This document shows positions 9,185-19,006 of a stretch of 64,000 nt of DNA, piece after piece. Source of the stretch: a virus. Its lineage: Duplodnaviria > Caudoviricetes. Both the position numbers and the translations under genes were made by a program. Every line of letters begins with the position of its first letter. The first letter of the stretch is position 1. Below the pieces are notes generated by a model. It did not search any database. It saw nothing but the letters and a program-made list of their open reading frames with translations, and had not been told where the DNA came from. Location: positions 288,001-352,000 of IMG/VR virus record IMGVR_UViG_3300013121_000005; one strand, 5' to 3'.

Positions 9185-10827
9185 GGGGACTCCATTATGG
9201 TTGATTCTACAGTAATGAGGTCCTCAGGCACTTTCCCAGTAGCCCTCAATTGTTCCAGTAAAGCTCGAACAGTAGCCTTACTGGAATCAAAACTTCCAGC
9301 CTTTGTTGGTCTTGGGAGCCTAAGGGTCAAAGACAGGGAATCAGATAGGGAAAGATGCATGGGGGCCACCCCCACCAATTCCTTCGCTGCTGGGCCAATA
9401 CCATAAAGGTCAGGTCCAAACTCTACTACATTGAGGTAGAGTTCCAGGATCTCTTCCTTCTTAAGGTGACTCTCCAAGACAATGGTCAGAAACGATTCTT
9501 GGACTTTACGCCCGATAGTCTTCGAGCGCCTAAGCCATAGGTTTTTTGCGAGCTGCATTGTGAGGGTGCTTGCCCCTCGAACGGCTCTACCTGCTTTCAG
9601 GTTAGCAACTAGAGAGTTCTCTACAGCATGAAGAAGGAACCCCTTATGCTCGAAGAAGCTAGGGTCTTCTGTCGTCTGAAGAGCCGTAACCATATTCGGG
9701 CTTATCGCCTCGAAGGGGACCCAACCTTGTGATCCCGGCCCAGTTTTACGAGAGAACTCACGACCCTCCTTGTCGAAAGCGGTATACGTGAATGGAGCCC
9801 GTAGAGCCTTGATACAGCTCGGCTCTGGGCTAGGGCTCTTACACGTAAGCTTCCAGTCGAGCTTCACTACTGGTTTCGTACGCAGGTCAAATTGGAAGTC
9901 TCCTGTAAAAGTCAAATCCTTCAAGGGGCCTGTCCGAAGCTCGATTGGTACTGCTTGGTACCAGGCTTGGCAAGTTTCTGCCCCCCAAAGGTGGTGCTCT
10001 TTCAGATTGGCCCGAAGAGTCACCCCACTAATCTTGACAGCCAGGTCGCCTTCTACAGCCTTAGTGGGGTCTAAAGGCCCGACCTCGACTTTTGAGAAAG
10101 TAAGGGGTTCCGTGTGCAGTCGGTCATGCCGAAGACGTAGGGTCTCAGCAAAACCCGAAGCGAGTCCTCCTCTATACCCAACTCGAACTTCAGTGGCAGT
10201 GACCCCCTTGACCTCCACGTTTGAGACACTTGCCGACTGTGCTCCCAAATCGACAGTCGTTGGGCCGACCTGTATTGGCCCAGTCTCATACCCGAAAAGC
10301 TTCGAGGTAGGGTGAAACACACCCTCCGTAAACTTCAGCTCTGTCCGATTACGCTTGACACATAGGTTCTTGACTATGCCTCTACCTTTTGAATGAGTGA
10401 CCTTGGTAGAGACTGCGCATACCTCTCCTTCACTAACCGAAGTATCTTCAAGATCCGCTCTGACTCCATCTTTGGTAATGTGGAGACTCAAGTGCTGAGC
10501 CGTAATCTTGTACTTCTCGGCTCCTGTTGACTCCACTTGAGTTGTTTTCTTCGAGTCCAAACTAGCGGTGATCTCTCCAGTAGGGAGATTGACGGTTCCC
10601 CCACAGACCGTCGCAGAAGGAAATCTCCCGTTCACCCATTCGCGATCCACAACTACGTCCTTTAGGACTAAGCACTTTTGCTGAACCAGAAGTTCTACCC
10701 CGTCTACATGGACCCCAGGCTTCTTGTTGATCTGCCAGCGGATGACGGCTGGTGCAGAAAACCAACAAGCCCCTAGGACCATGCTGAAAGACGTAAGCCC
10801 AAACAACAACTTTTGGCGTCGTGTCAT
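9181..10827 (-). CDS. Monofunctional peptidoglycan glycosyltransferase (GT51) with long N-terminal extension
   Basis: N-terminal TM; EDPSFFEHKG, GASTLTMQLAKNL, RKVQE, KEEILELYLN. Confidence 0.92.
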   Translation of the reverse strand: MTRRQKLLFGLTSFSMVLGACWFSAPAVIRWQINKKPGVHVDGVELLVQQKCLVLKDVVVDREWVNGRFPSATVCGGTVNLPTGEITASLDSKKTTQVESTGAEKYKITAQHLSLHITKDGVRADLEDTSVSEGEVCAVSTKVTHSKGRGIVKNLCVKRNRTELKFTEGVFHPTSKLFGYETGPIQVGPTTVDLGAQSASVSNVEVKGVTATEVRVGYRGGLASGFAETLRLRHDRLHTEPLTFSKVEVGPLDPTKAVEGDLAVKISGVTLRANLKEHHLWGAETCQAWYQAVPIELRTGPLKDLTFTGDFQFDLRTKPVVKLDWKLTCKSPSPEPSCIKALRAPFTYTAFDKEGREFSRKTGPGSQGWVPFEAISPNMVTALQTTEDPSFFEHKGFLLHAVENSLVANLKAGRAVRGASTLTMQLAKNLWLRRSKTIGRKVQESFLTIVLESHLKKEEILELYLNVVEFGPDLYGIGPAAKELVGVAPMHLSLSDSLSLTLRLPRPTKAGSFDSSKATVRALLEQLRATGKVPEDLITVESTIMESP

Positions 10828-12587
10828 TTGGCACTCATCAGTTTAAGTACAGCAAGAGCCGCTAGCCTCTTAGCATCTTGCTTTTTACCGGCTGAAGCCT
10901 CCCCACGAAACTTGGTGAATACACACTCACATGTGATCTCAGGGAGGTGTGGGGGACCCGTGATGGAGAAATGGTACTCAGGGGGAGGTTCCCCTCTGGT
11001 TTGACTGAGAGACTGAAGAACTGAAATGGGGTCGTTAGTAGGCAGGGGGACCTCAGCAGCACCTTCAACAGCAACCGGGGCTGCTGGAACGGGAAGCCCA
11101 ACGATTTCGGCAAGGAGTGCTAAGGCAGCATACTGTCTAGCTTCTTTGCTTGTAGTCCCTTTAGCGGGTCCCCCTGTTAGCACCCCTTTTGGATGGTGCA
11201 GCGAAGCATGGACCGTGAACGTAGGGGCATGGTCAGGGCCTTGGCGTACCGTCTGGAATGTTGGGGTAGGCCACGAATACATCTGAGTAGCTTGGGTGAG
11301 GACACTCACTGCATCCTCAGGCTTAGATGCTAGCCTACTCAACATGGCTTCTTGAAGGCTCTTCCACCCAAGGTCAGGGTTGGCCTCCAAAATAGAGGCA
11401 AAGCACACAAGAGGGACTCGGTTGTCCTTGAGGCGATTAAAGAATGCCACCCGTATTTCCTCTCGAAGCTCATTAGGAGAACGAGTCCAAACCTTAATGA
11501 CCCTCTCGAAATCCTTGAGATTTAGCCCCTCAAGTCGTCTTGTGTCTAAAGTAACTTGAGCTTTCGCGTTGGCCTTCTCTTTTAGGCACTCCGAAAGCTT
11601 CTGACGGTCAGCTTGAATGACTTGATTCATATGCTCGGCAATCTGCTCAAGATTTTCACGGCTGTAGGGCAAACACTCCCCCTTGATAAAAGCTCGAACC
11701 TGTTGGTGGGTCACAAGATCCGCATACCTGCGAATGGGGGAGGTAAAGTGCAGATAGGCAGGCAGGTTAAGCCCGTAATGCCCAAACAGAGTAGCCCCAT
11801 AGGATGCCTTATCCAACAACATGTGGGTCTGCTGTCGAATGAGGTCCAAGTTGGAAAGAGGGGTGCTGAAAGCGCTCTGGATTTGAGCCATCAGCTCACT
11901 TCGATCTGGAGCCGCCGCTCGGGCAACATGGTTCCGAAATGGAACAGGAATATCATGCCCGACTACAAACTCAGCCACTAAGAAGTTGGCCAGAATCATC
12001 AGCTCCTGGACTATGATATTGCCCATAGTCTCCTCTTTGCTTTCGACCTTTCGGAGGTAGCCCTCTTCTGTTGTAATCCATCCGTTGTTTAGGTCGTACA
12101 GAGCAAGAGCCCCCGCCCTTCGACGATGATCCAGCAAGCCCAGTGCTACATGACTAGCATCTGCCAGCATGCTGTGAAATCTATGGGCACTATCTGCCAA
12201 AATACCTGGAATTTCAGTATAGGCAATTCGGGCTTCGCTTGTAAGTTGGGTAGCAGAGATACCAAGAAGTTGAGCCTTGTCGAAGGTAGGGGAGACCAAT
12301 GCTTCGACAGTCAAGGTTTTGCGGGGGGCCCCCGGAAACAAGGACAAGCTTCCTTCCGAGAGTTCTCGTGGTAGCATGGGGCTATTGCCCCTCGCATAGT
12401 ACTTGGTGGTGACCCGCTCTTTAGCCAGCTCATCCAACTGGCTCCGGGGTTGCACAACTTCCGACACATCCGAGATCGAAACCAAGACCCGGTAGTAAGC
12501 GCCGTCACTAACTACCCAAATTGCATCATCAATGTCTTTGGTGTAAGATGCATCAATGGTAACCCCACGAACTTCAGGAAGAGACAT
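10824..12587 (-). CDS. RNB (RNase II/R family) exoribonuclease fused to two dsRBDs
   Basis: TIDASYTKDIDDA, ISDV, SPMLP, ELMILAN, HFTSPIRRYADL; two GPxHxP...K..A..AA dsRBD repeats. Confidence 0.9.
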   Translation of the reverse strand: MSLPEVRGVTIDASYTKDIDDAIWVVSDGAYYRVLVSISDVSEVVQPRSQLDELAKERVTTKYYARGNSPMLPRELSEGSLSLFPGAPRKTLTVEALVSPTFDKAQLLGISATQLTSEARIAYTEIPGILADSAHRFHSMLADASHVALGLLDHRRRAGALALYDLNNGWITTEEGYLRKVESKEETMGNIIVQELMILANFLVAEFVVGHDIPVPFRNHVARAAAPDRSELMAQIQSAFSTPLSNLDLIRQQTHMLLDKASYGATLFGHYGLNLPAYLHFTSPIRRYADLVTHQQVRAFIKGECLPYSRENLEQIAEHMNQVIQADRQKLSECLKEKANAKAQVTLDTRRLEGLNLKDFERVIKVWTRSPNELREEIRVAFFNRLKDNRVPLVCFASILEANPDLGWKSLQEAMLSRLASKPEDAVSVLTQATQMYSWPTPTFQTVRQGPDHAPTFTVHASLHHPKGVLTGGPAKGTTSKEARQYAALALLAEIVGLPVPAAPVAVEGAAEVPLPTNDPISVLQSLSQTRGEPPPEYHFSITGPPHLPEITCECVFTKFRGEASAGKKQDAKRLAALAVLKLMSAK

Positions 12588-12646
12588 GGCACCTACCCCT
12601 ACACCTCAGGTTGACATTTCTAACCGACGAACGTTTTAAGGGGAGC

Positions 12647-12892
12647 ATGCAGTACAAGGTCGTCGTAAAGTTCACGAGGGTGCACAAGAAGGGGCCTCTT
12701 CGCGGAACAACTACCAGCCACATGATCCCTCTTTTTTCAAAAAAAGGGCTCGTCGAACAGTGGCGAAAGACTATCATAGTACTTGCCAAGCGCAATGGAG
12801 GTTGGCGGCTTGGGTCATTTGACGTCTTGGAGGGCGTTGAGGCACAACAAGCATACCAAGACGCGAAATCCAAAAATTGGCAGACGAGCTAA
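12647..12892 (+). CDS. Hypothetical basic protein
   Basis: ATG 12647 after SD and a TTGACA-N15-CGTTTT promoter-like motif. Confidence 0.6.
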   Translation: MQYKVVVKFTRVHKKGPLRGTTTSHMIPLFSKKGLVEQWRKTIIVLAKRNGGWRLGSFDVLEGVEAQQAYQDAKSKNWQTS

Positions 12893-12896
12893 ATGG

Positions 12897-12938
12897 GAAA
12901 ACAGGAATTGACCCTAGAGTCAATTCCTGTTTTCTTTC
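12897..12938. terminator. Intrinsic terminator between convergent genes
   Basis: 16-bp stem GAAAACAGGAATTGAC/GTCAATTCCTGTTTTC. Confidence 0.85.
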
Positions 12939-12955
12939 GCCTAGTTAGGCTCAGC

Positions 12956-15274
12956 TTAGAGCTTGATCTGGACTTCTTTCATTTCAACTTTGCAATCGAT
13001 GGGCTTGCCATCCAGGGTGACCGTTAGTTGAGTCTCATCCACAGACGAGAACTCCGTGAACCACACCTGGCCGACAACAATCGCGAACTTGATTTGGGCT
13101 AGCTCGAAGATGAGCCCACGGGCCTTGGCGATGGACTCCTTGGCCTTCGCATCGACCCACTTGATGAAATCCGCATCACTCGGCTTGGTAGCCAAGTAGG
13201 CTTCGACCTCCTCGACGTAGGGCTTCATGAGCTGTCCCGGACCGTTGAACTTTCCGGACGACGCCTGTTTCTTGTACTCGGTCATCGAGGGAAGCTTCGA
13301 GTAGCCCTTGAGGGATACTTCGAGCGCCTTGCCGACGTAGAAGTCCGTGGACTCCGCCGAGACCATCTTGGGCGAGAAGCCCGAGTAGTCGGTGAAGCCC
13401 TGCTCCTTGAGCCACTCGGCGCCGTCGTCCCCATAGGTCGCCTTGAAGGAGGCCGACTCCTTCTTTGGAACCCTTTCATCCTTGTACGCTTTGTACACCT
13501 TCTGGGCTGCACGAGCCTTTTCCAGCTCATACTGCTTCTCGAAAAGCGCCGTAGCCGAAGCCGTCTTGCACATCTTCCGGTTGACAACCGGAAGAGACTT
13601 CAAGTTGATGGCTCCCTCTACGTAATCCCCACTTACAACCATCTTTGCTGGCTTGGCTTCCTCAGGAAGGAACTTGGCAAGTTCCTTAGCCATCGCATGG
13701 GATACTCGAACGGGGAGGGTCTCCATGTTGACTAGACCGTCGGCGACGACGTTCCGGTCCCGGAACTGGAACGAGGGGAACGGCGTCGGGATCTTGCCTT
13801 TGAACTGGTCCGGGATGCGGTCCGCGATGTCGACCGTCCCCTCTAGCCGAAGCTTGAGCGAGATGTTCGGCCGGTCCTCGTTGAAGGTCAGCGAGGAGAT
13901 GGCGTAGCCCTCGGGCTGCTTCTTGATCTCGAACTTGAGGGGGTTCTTGTTCGCGGTCAGAGCGGCCAGCTCCTCCTGAAGCTCCTTGAGCTTCTTGGCG
14001 TTCTTCTCGCTGGCCATCTTGGAGCTGATCTCAGCCACCTTCTTCTGCTCGTCCGCCGACATGACCTCGGAGGCGTCGACCCGCTTGCGGGAGATGCGGG
14101 AGAACTTGAATTCCGGGTGGTCCAGAAGGACCCGGCTGCTGTCATCTGAAGCGAGAAGCTTGAGAAGGTCGAGGATCGTGTAGGCATCATCTGCCGGAAT
14201 CTTCGTGGGGTCGTAGCCCTTCTCGTAACGACCGGTGCCGAAAGCTGCCGCCTTCGCCACGTCCATGAACTCACTGTACTTCTGCTTGCCGAAGCACGTG
14301 GAAAACATGTTGATGAACTTCACGTCGCCCGTCGCCTTGAGAAGCGGGAAGATCACCTCCGGCTTCATGCGGACCGAGAAGAGGCTCAAGGCGGCATAAG
14401 CTGCATCGAGGGCTGGGTGGGTGTTGTTCTCGACCTTGAAGGTACCGCCGTCCGAGCCGACTGCCGAAGGGGAAAGGTAGAAGATCGCTGTTGTATCCTC
14501 GGGGATGCTGACCTTGTTGCCCTCCAACCCATAGGTCGTAAGGTCTCCTGCCCCTTGGCTCCAAACAAAACCCCCGATAGGGTCCCCTGAAATACCTAAT
14601 GTGATACGAGGAGCGCCTGAAGGGCGCTTAGCCATCGCAGCCTCGAAGATTGGCTGGAACTTGTCGAAAGCGTCGGCGTGGATGAGGGTACCTCCGGCCT
14701 TTTCCGCCATAGCCGTAAGAAGAGAGCGATCGGCGTAGTAACCGTACTCCACGAAAGTCGCCGCAGCGAGCCCTCCCGAAGCCTTCTCGCAGACCTTCAG
14801 GATGTCTTGCCGAGACCATTGGTTGTCGCAACCATCGGACATGAAGAAGAGCGAGAAGGCCGAGCCAGGGCGCTTCTTGGCCACCCTCTCGATGAGCTTG
14901 CCTGCCTCCTCCAGAGGCTCCTTGAAGCCCGTGAGACCACATGGCTTGAGCCAGCGGTCGATCGCCTTCTCCACGTCCTTGAGGTCCGTCAGCGTCGAAA
15001 CCGGCTCGGCCTCCAGAAGGGCGCCGAACTCTCCGCGCCCGCTGAACCAGATGACGGAGAGGGTATCCTTCTCCCCGATGAGCTTGGGAAGCTTCTTCTT
15101 GAGCTGCGTCCGGATCTGAGGAAGATCGTAGGACATCGACCCAGAGCAATCGATCACGACCACATGGTTAGTGGGGACCTCTACTGGTTTCGTTGCCTTC
15201 AGTGAAGAGTTGACGGATTGACGTGTGAGGTACAGACCATCGGCAATCTTATAGGACACAACACTAGGGGTCAT
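12956..15274 (-). CDS. vWA-domain protein (772 aa)
   Basis: MIDAS motif VVVIDCSGSM, T in GLT, FFMSDG. Confidence 0.88.
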   Translation of the reverse strand: MTPSVVSYKIADGLYLTRQSVNSSLKATKPVEVPTNHVVVIDCSGSMSYDLPQIRTQLKKKLPKLIGEKDTLSVIWFSGRGEFGALLEAEPVSTLTDLKDVEKAIDRWLKPCGLTGFKEPLEEAGKLIERVAKKRPGSAFSLFFMSDGCDNQWSRQDILKVCEKASGGLAAATFVEYGYYADRSLLTAMAEKAGGTLIHADAFDKFQPIFEAAMAKRPSGAPRITLGISGDPIGGFVWSQGAGDLTTYGLEGNKVSIPEDTTAIFYLSPSAVGSDGGTFKVENNTHPALDAAYAALSLFSVRMKPEVIFPLLKATGDVKFINMFSTCFGKQKYSEFMDVAKAAAFGTGRYEKGYDPTKIPADDAYTILDLLKLLASDDSSRVLLDHPEFKFSRISRKRVDASEVMSADEQKKVAEISSKMASEKNAKKLKELQEELAALTANKNPLKFEIKKQPEGYAISSLTFNEDRPNISLKLRLEGTVDIADRIPDQFKGKIPTPFPSFQFRDRNVVADGLVNMETLPVRVSHAMAKELAKFLPEEAKPAKMVVSGDYVEGAINLKSLPVVNRKMCKTASATALFEKQYELEKARAAQKVYKAYKDERVPKKESASFKATYGDDGAEWLKEQGFTDYSGFSPKMVSAESTDFYVGKALEVSLKGYSKLPSMTEYKKQASSGKFNGPGQLMKPYVEEVEAYLATKPSDADFIKWVDAKAKESIAKARGLIFELAQIKFAIVVGQVWFTEFSSVDETQLTVTLDGKPIDCKVEMKEVQIKL

Positions 15275-15327
15275 GGGGAATCCTTCTTCTGAGCTGAAAG
15301 TTCAGGCCAGGAAGGGTATACACCAGC

Positions 15328-15585
15328 TCAGCGCCTATTCCGCAACAAACGTTCCGCTCGGTCACTCCCCAAAGTAAGGTGTAGGATGGGCTCTACTTTT
15401 GCAAGGAACGCATCGCGGTTCCGAAGCTTATGCTTGGCGTGAAAGGTAAGTGTCAGTATGCCCAGCATACTGACACTTGAAAGTTGATCGACATTGATAT
15501 GGGTTAGGATCTCATCCACCTCTTGAAACTTACCGGCTCGAAAGAGCGTGTCGAAGTTAGACAGGAGGTCTATCGTATCGGTCAC
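15328..15585 (-). CDS. Hypothetical protein
   Basis: GTG start adjacent to the upstream stop. Confidence 0.6.
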   Translation of the reverse strand: MTDTIDLLSNFDTLFRAGKFQEVDEILTHINVDQLSSVSMLGILTLTFHAKHKLRNRDAFLAKVEPILHLTLGSDRAERLLRNRR

Positions 15586-15586
15586 T

Positions 15587-17008
15587 TCACCCAACCCATT
15601 TCTTTGCGGTAGCAATCGCCTTGGCTAGATCGTGAGTGTGGACCGAAGTCGGAAGGAAATTGCCTGAGTCAACATCTTTCAGAGTGACATTGAACCCACC
15701 TCTGGACGCTTCCCAAACGTAGGACTCCATGTCCCCATCTTTGCTTGTGAAGGTATGGAGAGGCTTTTCTTTGCTTGCTGCTTTGAGAGCTGCCACCTTT
15801 ACAGCCCCAGGCAAAACTGTGTTGAGCCACCAACGAACCTTCTCGTGGACTGCTCGGGGGCCATAAGCCACGAGTAACCCGATCGTCTCACAAAAGGCTT
15901 CCTCTGGGTTCTTGTTCGCGTACCCTGTGATGGGGTGCTTGGGGACTCGGATAGTCCTATGCCCCTCCTGGAGAAGCTTCTCGAAGTCCTCTTTCGTTTG
16001 GTACCGATCATACGATCGGTCATGAGTGAGAGCCTCGACTTGAAGAGCCAAAACAGGGTCTTCTGTCATTTTCTCTGAGAACTGAAAAGCCCAGGTATCC
16101 CCTGGCCACTTCTCGATAAGCTCTTTGATATCAAGGTCCCCAAAATCACCTCGAATCGTCTGAGTCCAGAAATCCTGTGCTTCCTGACTCAGATATGTCT
16201 GGAAAAGATGATGGCCCATCTCATGAGCCATTGCATGGGCGACCCACCCTGGCCCCTTACTGCGGACAGACGAAGCATAGAACGTAATGTACCCAGCTCT
16301 ATGGTACTCCCCGCCCTTATCAAGAGTGGCCTTGAACTCGACCTCTACAGGGAGCTGCTTCTTCAAGAGAATAGGAGCAACAGCCGCCGCTCGACGACGG
16401 TACAGGCGGAGCCCTTCCTGCAAGATGGCCAGCTCTTCCTCATTAGAGCCCCCTTCTTTGTACCCCAGCATCGTAAGCTGGAACCCTTCAAGGACAGTCT
16501 TGTCCGCCGAGGGAAGATCAACTTCCACAGGCTTTTTGTGGATCCCCTCGTACCAGGAAATGAAGGTCTTTACCGCCTTCCAGAAGTCCTGAGCCTTCTT
16601 CTGGACCCGAGCTTTCCACGTAGGGAACTCTCGCTCGAATCGAGCGAATAGAGCCGCCTCATTCCAGTAGTCGTCCTTGAAGCCAATGGGCATAGAACTC
16701 AACTCACTTGAGAATGTCCAGGCTACAGAGCGTAGGGTACTATCCACCCACTTTGCATCCGACTCGGATAAACCTAAGTTGTACTTGAGGTCCCGATTCA
16801 TGAAATTCTCGAAGAACAAGTCGTCGAAGTTCTTCCGGTAGACTCGCAGAGCATTCCGCAGCTCATGGGCGGTCTGATAGTCTTTCACTCGGGGCAAATT
16901 CTTGAGCAGGGTGAGGAAGTCCTTTCGGAGCTTCTCGATCCAAGCCAAGTCTATATGCTTCTTGGCAGCAAGAGTAACCCAGCGGCGATCGTAATCGGGA
17001 CCCATCAT
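15587..17008 (-). CDS. Zincin-like HExxH protein with N-terminal DYDRR tag
   Basis: AHEMGHH and YANKNPEEAFCE. Confidence 0.75.
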   Translation of the reverse strand: MMGPDYDRRWVTLAAKKHIDLAWIEKLRKDFLTLLKNLPRVKDYQTAHELRNALRVYRKNFDDLFFENFMNRDLKYNLGLSESDAKWVDSTLRSVAWTFSSELSSMPIGFKDDYWNEAALFARFEREFPTWKARVQKKAQDFWKAVKTFISWYEGIHKKPVEVDLPSADKTVLEGFQLTMLGYKEGGSNEEELAILQEGLRLYRRRAAAVAPILLKKQLPVEVEFKATLDKGGEYHRAGYITFYASSVRSKGPGWVAHAMAHEMGHHLFQTYLSQEAQDFWTQTIRGDFGDLDIKELIEKWPGDTWAFQFSEKMTEDPVLALQVEALTHDRSYDRYQTKEDFEKLLQEGHRTIRVPKHPITGYANKNPEEAFCETIGLLVAYGPRAVHEKVRWWLNTVLPGAVKVAALKAASKEKPLHTFTSKDGDMESYVWEASRGGFNVTLKDVDSGNFLPTSVHTHDLAKAIATAKKWVG

Positions 17009-17031
17009 ACCGGGACGCTTACATAGGAAGA

Positions 17032-17331
17032 CTAGGGCTCAACTCTCACAAGCTTGCCATAGATGCCCCCAAGAGAGATCCAACCGTTGGTACTCCGGAC
17101 GCCTCCAATTAGAAAGCGCTCTTGTTGGACCGCCTTAATCAGATGAAGATACTGCTTGCCGTTCACCTTACAGAGAACGATGTCCCCTTCTTGAGGTACT
17201 TGATTGCCAAGGGGCTCTACAATACAGAGCTGACCCGACTTGATCTTGGGCATCATTGAAGCCCCGCGAGGACGGAATTGGACCGTCTCCCCCGCTTGAA
17301 GCTTAGCGATGTAGGGTGTGGCCCAGCTCAC
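17032..17331 (-). CDS. S24/S26 peptidase-like small protein
   Basis: FRPRGASMMPKIKSG, GDIVLCKV, YLHLIKA; GTG overlaps the upstream TAG. Confidence 0.7.
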   Translation of the reverse strand: MSWATPYIAKLQAGETVQFRPRGASMMPKIKSGQLCIVEPLGNQVPQEGDIVLCKVNGKQYLHLIKAVQQERFLIGGVRSTNGWISLGGIYGKLVRVEP

Positions 17332-17558
17332 TACGGATCCTCCCCGTCCAACAACTCCGCCACGAGGAGGAACGGCCAGCCGAGCACCAGAAGCACGAGC
17401 ACCCCGGCGAGCATCGCCCGTGCCTTCCACTCCGACCTGATTTGCTCGTCAAGGTTCTGGCCGGAGTAGACGCTCATCACCACCTGCGCAAAAGCCACCA
17501 CACCCGCAACGTACAGCCCGCCCAAAAACAGCGTCAGAAAAAGCCCTGAGTCCGACAT
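17331..17558 (-). CDS. Small two-TM membrane protein
   Basis: Two hydrophobic helices, WP motif. Confidence 0.65.
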   Translation of the reverse strand: MSDSGLFLTLFLGGLYVAGVVAFAQVVMSVYSGQNLDEQIRSEWKARAMLAGVLVLLVLGWPFLLVAELLDGEDP

Positions 17559-18130
17559 CACTTGACAACCGGCCGGGCGGCGATGGCTTCGTTGAGCCAC
17601 TTTCGGAGCTGTTCTCGCTCATCTTGATTCTCAACCAATTCGAGCAAGGGGACGATGTACCTGTGGGTCTCGTCGATGACCCGAGCCCACCGCTTGTCCT
17701 TGAAGACTGTCCTGCCTTCACGGAGGTTGCAGATTCGGTCGGCGAGCTTCACCTTCGCTTCCGCAAACCTCAAGGTCTGACGCAGGCGAGCGAGGTAGGC
17801 GATCTTGGAGTCCGCCGCCTCGTCATGTGTGAGGCTCACGACACCGAAGACGATGTTGTAGTGTACCCCCTCGGCCATAAGATCCGCCTCGGTCACCCGA
17901 GACCCATCTTCTTTTCGGCCGTCTTCGATAAGATCGTGCATCCACGCCACGTCGATGCAGTGCTCATACGTGGCCTTCTCTCGCTCGCTGAGGGGCGATG
18001 GGTGGGTCAAATCACAAAGCTCAACCAAGAGGTTTACGAGGTCTTGTGGGTGTTCCCACGCCAGTCTGTTGCCCGGCCCCTGCCGGGTACCCGACATCCA
18101 ACGTCGGGCTAGTTCTTCACTTTTCCTCAC
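17558..18130 (-). CDS. HD-domain hydrolase, (p)ppGpp hydrolase/MESH1-like
   Basis: EHP, WMHDLIED, VVSLT, VKLADRICNL. Confidence 0.82.
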   Translation of the reverse strand: MRKSEELARRWMSGTRQGPGNRLAWEHPQDLVNLLVELCDLTHPSPLSEREKATYEHCIDVAWMHDLIEDGRKEDGSRVTEADLMAEGVHYNIVFGVVSLTHDEAADSKIAYLARLRQTLRFAEAKVKLADRICNLREGRTVFKDKRWARVIDETHRYIVPLLELVENQDEREQLRKWLNEAIAARPVVK

Positions 18131-18482
18131 TTTTTTTCATCCTCTTCTTCCTTCTCTCCCTCCTTGAACGAACGAGAAAGACGGGCTTCAACCTTGGCAA
18201 AAACAAAACTGCCAAGATAGAAGGTGGGACTTCTACTTTAAACATGTGACCATGGGGGCTCTTGAGTACCAGGAATGCTTGGTGCGACTCGTCAACAGGC
18301 TTGATCTCAAGGATCTCCCCAGAAAAAGCACGGACTTCCTCGATTTGGCGTGACTCGTAAGCATGAAGGACCTCAAGAAAAAGCTTGGTCCCGTTAGACT
18401 GGCTACTATCGCTCTCGAAGGTGAAAAACTGCATGATGTGCTCTGGGGGTTGCTTGTTCATATTCATATCTTTCTGGTTCAA
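18117..18482 (-). CDS. Hypothetical protein
   Basis: ORF in run. Confidence 0.55.
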   Translation of the reverse strand: MNQKDMNMNKQPPEHIMQFFTFESDSSQSNGTKLFLEVLHAYESRQIEEVRAFSGEILEIKPVDESHQAFLVLKSPHGHMFKVEVPPSILAVLFLPRLKPVFLVRSRRERRKKRMKKSEEK

Positions 18483-18509
18483 AGTGACTTAGACAGTTCA
18501 AACGCCCCA

Positions 18510-18716
18510 TCAGGACCGGTCACCTTTCTCTGAGGAACCCTTCAGAAGTTTGAATCTCTCCTCGATGGCCTTGTTGGTCTGCCAGAAGCTCAGGAAGCAA
18601 CGGTCCTTTTGCTCCTTGGAGTGTTCGGCTTGGCTCTCACCACACGTCGGACACCAGTCATCAGGGGCCTTGGGCTCTTCGGGTTCAAGGTCGCGGTCGT
18701 CATCCCAACGTGGCAT
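18510..18716 (-). CDS. Small CxxC protein
   Basis: WCPTCG..H. Confidence 0.6.
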   Translation of the reverse strand: MPRWDDDRDLEPEEPKAPDDWCPTCGESQAEHSKEQKDRCFLSFWQTNKAIEERFKLLKGSSEKGDRS

Positions 18717-18958
18717 CAGCTACTCCTCTGAGAATCCTTCAGAAGTTTGAGCGCATAGGCCAAAATCACGAGGAGAAAAATAGGCCAAAACACAACAACA
18801 AGGACGAACCCTGCACATGCCCCAACCTGCATCGCCTTGCTAGGAAACCTGTCCCTAAACTTCTCGGATGAACGCAAAAGAGCAACACAAATACCAGTAC
18901 TCCATGCGACCCCGACCAAATAAAAGACTACCCAAAGATGCATAGACACTCCATTCAA
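18716..18958 (-). CDS. Small two-TM membrane protein
   Basis: YLVG...FWP layout, same as 17331-17558. Confidence 0.6.
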   Translation of the reverse strand: MNGVSMHLWVVFYLVGVAWSTGICVALLRSSEKFRDRFPSKAMQVGACAGFVLVVVFWPIFLLVILAYALKLLKDSQRSS

Positions 18959-19006
18959 CGAACCGACTGAGGTTCTTCAACGCTTACACCAAGCCCAAGA
19001 TTCACA

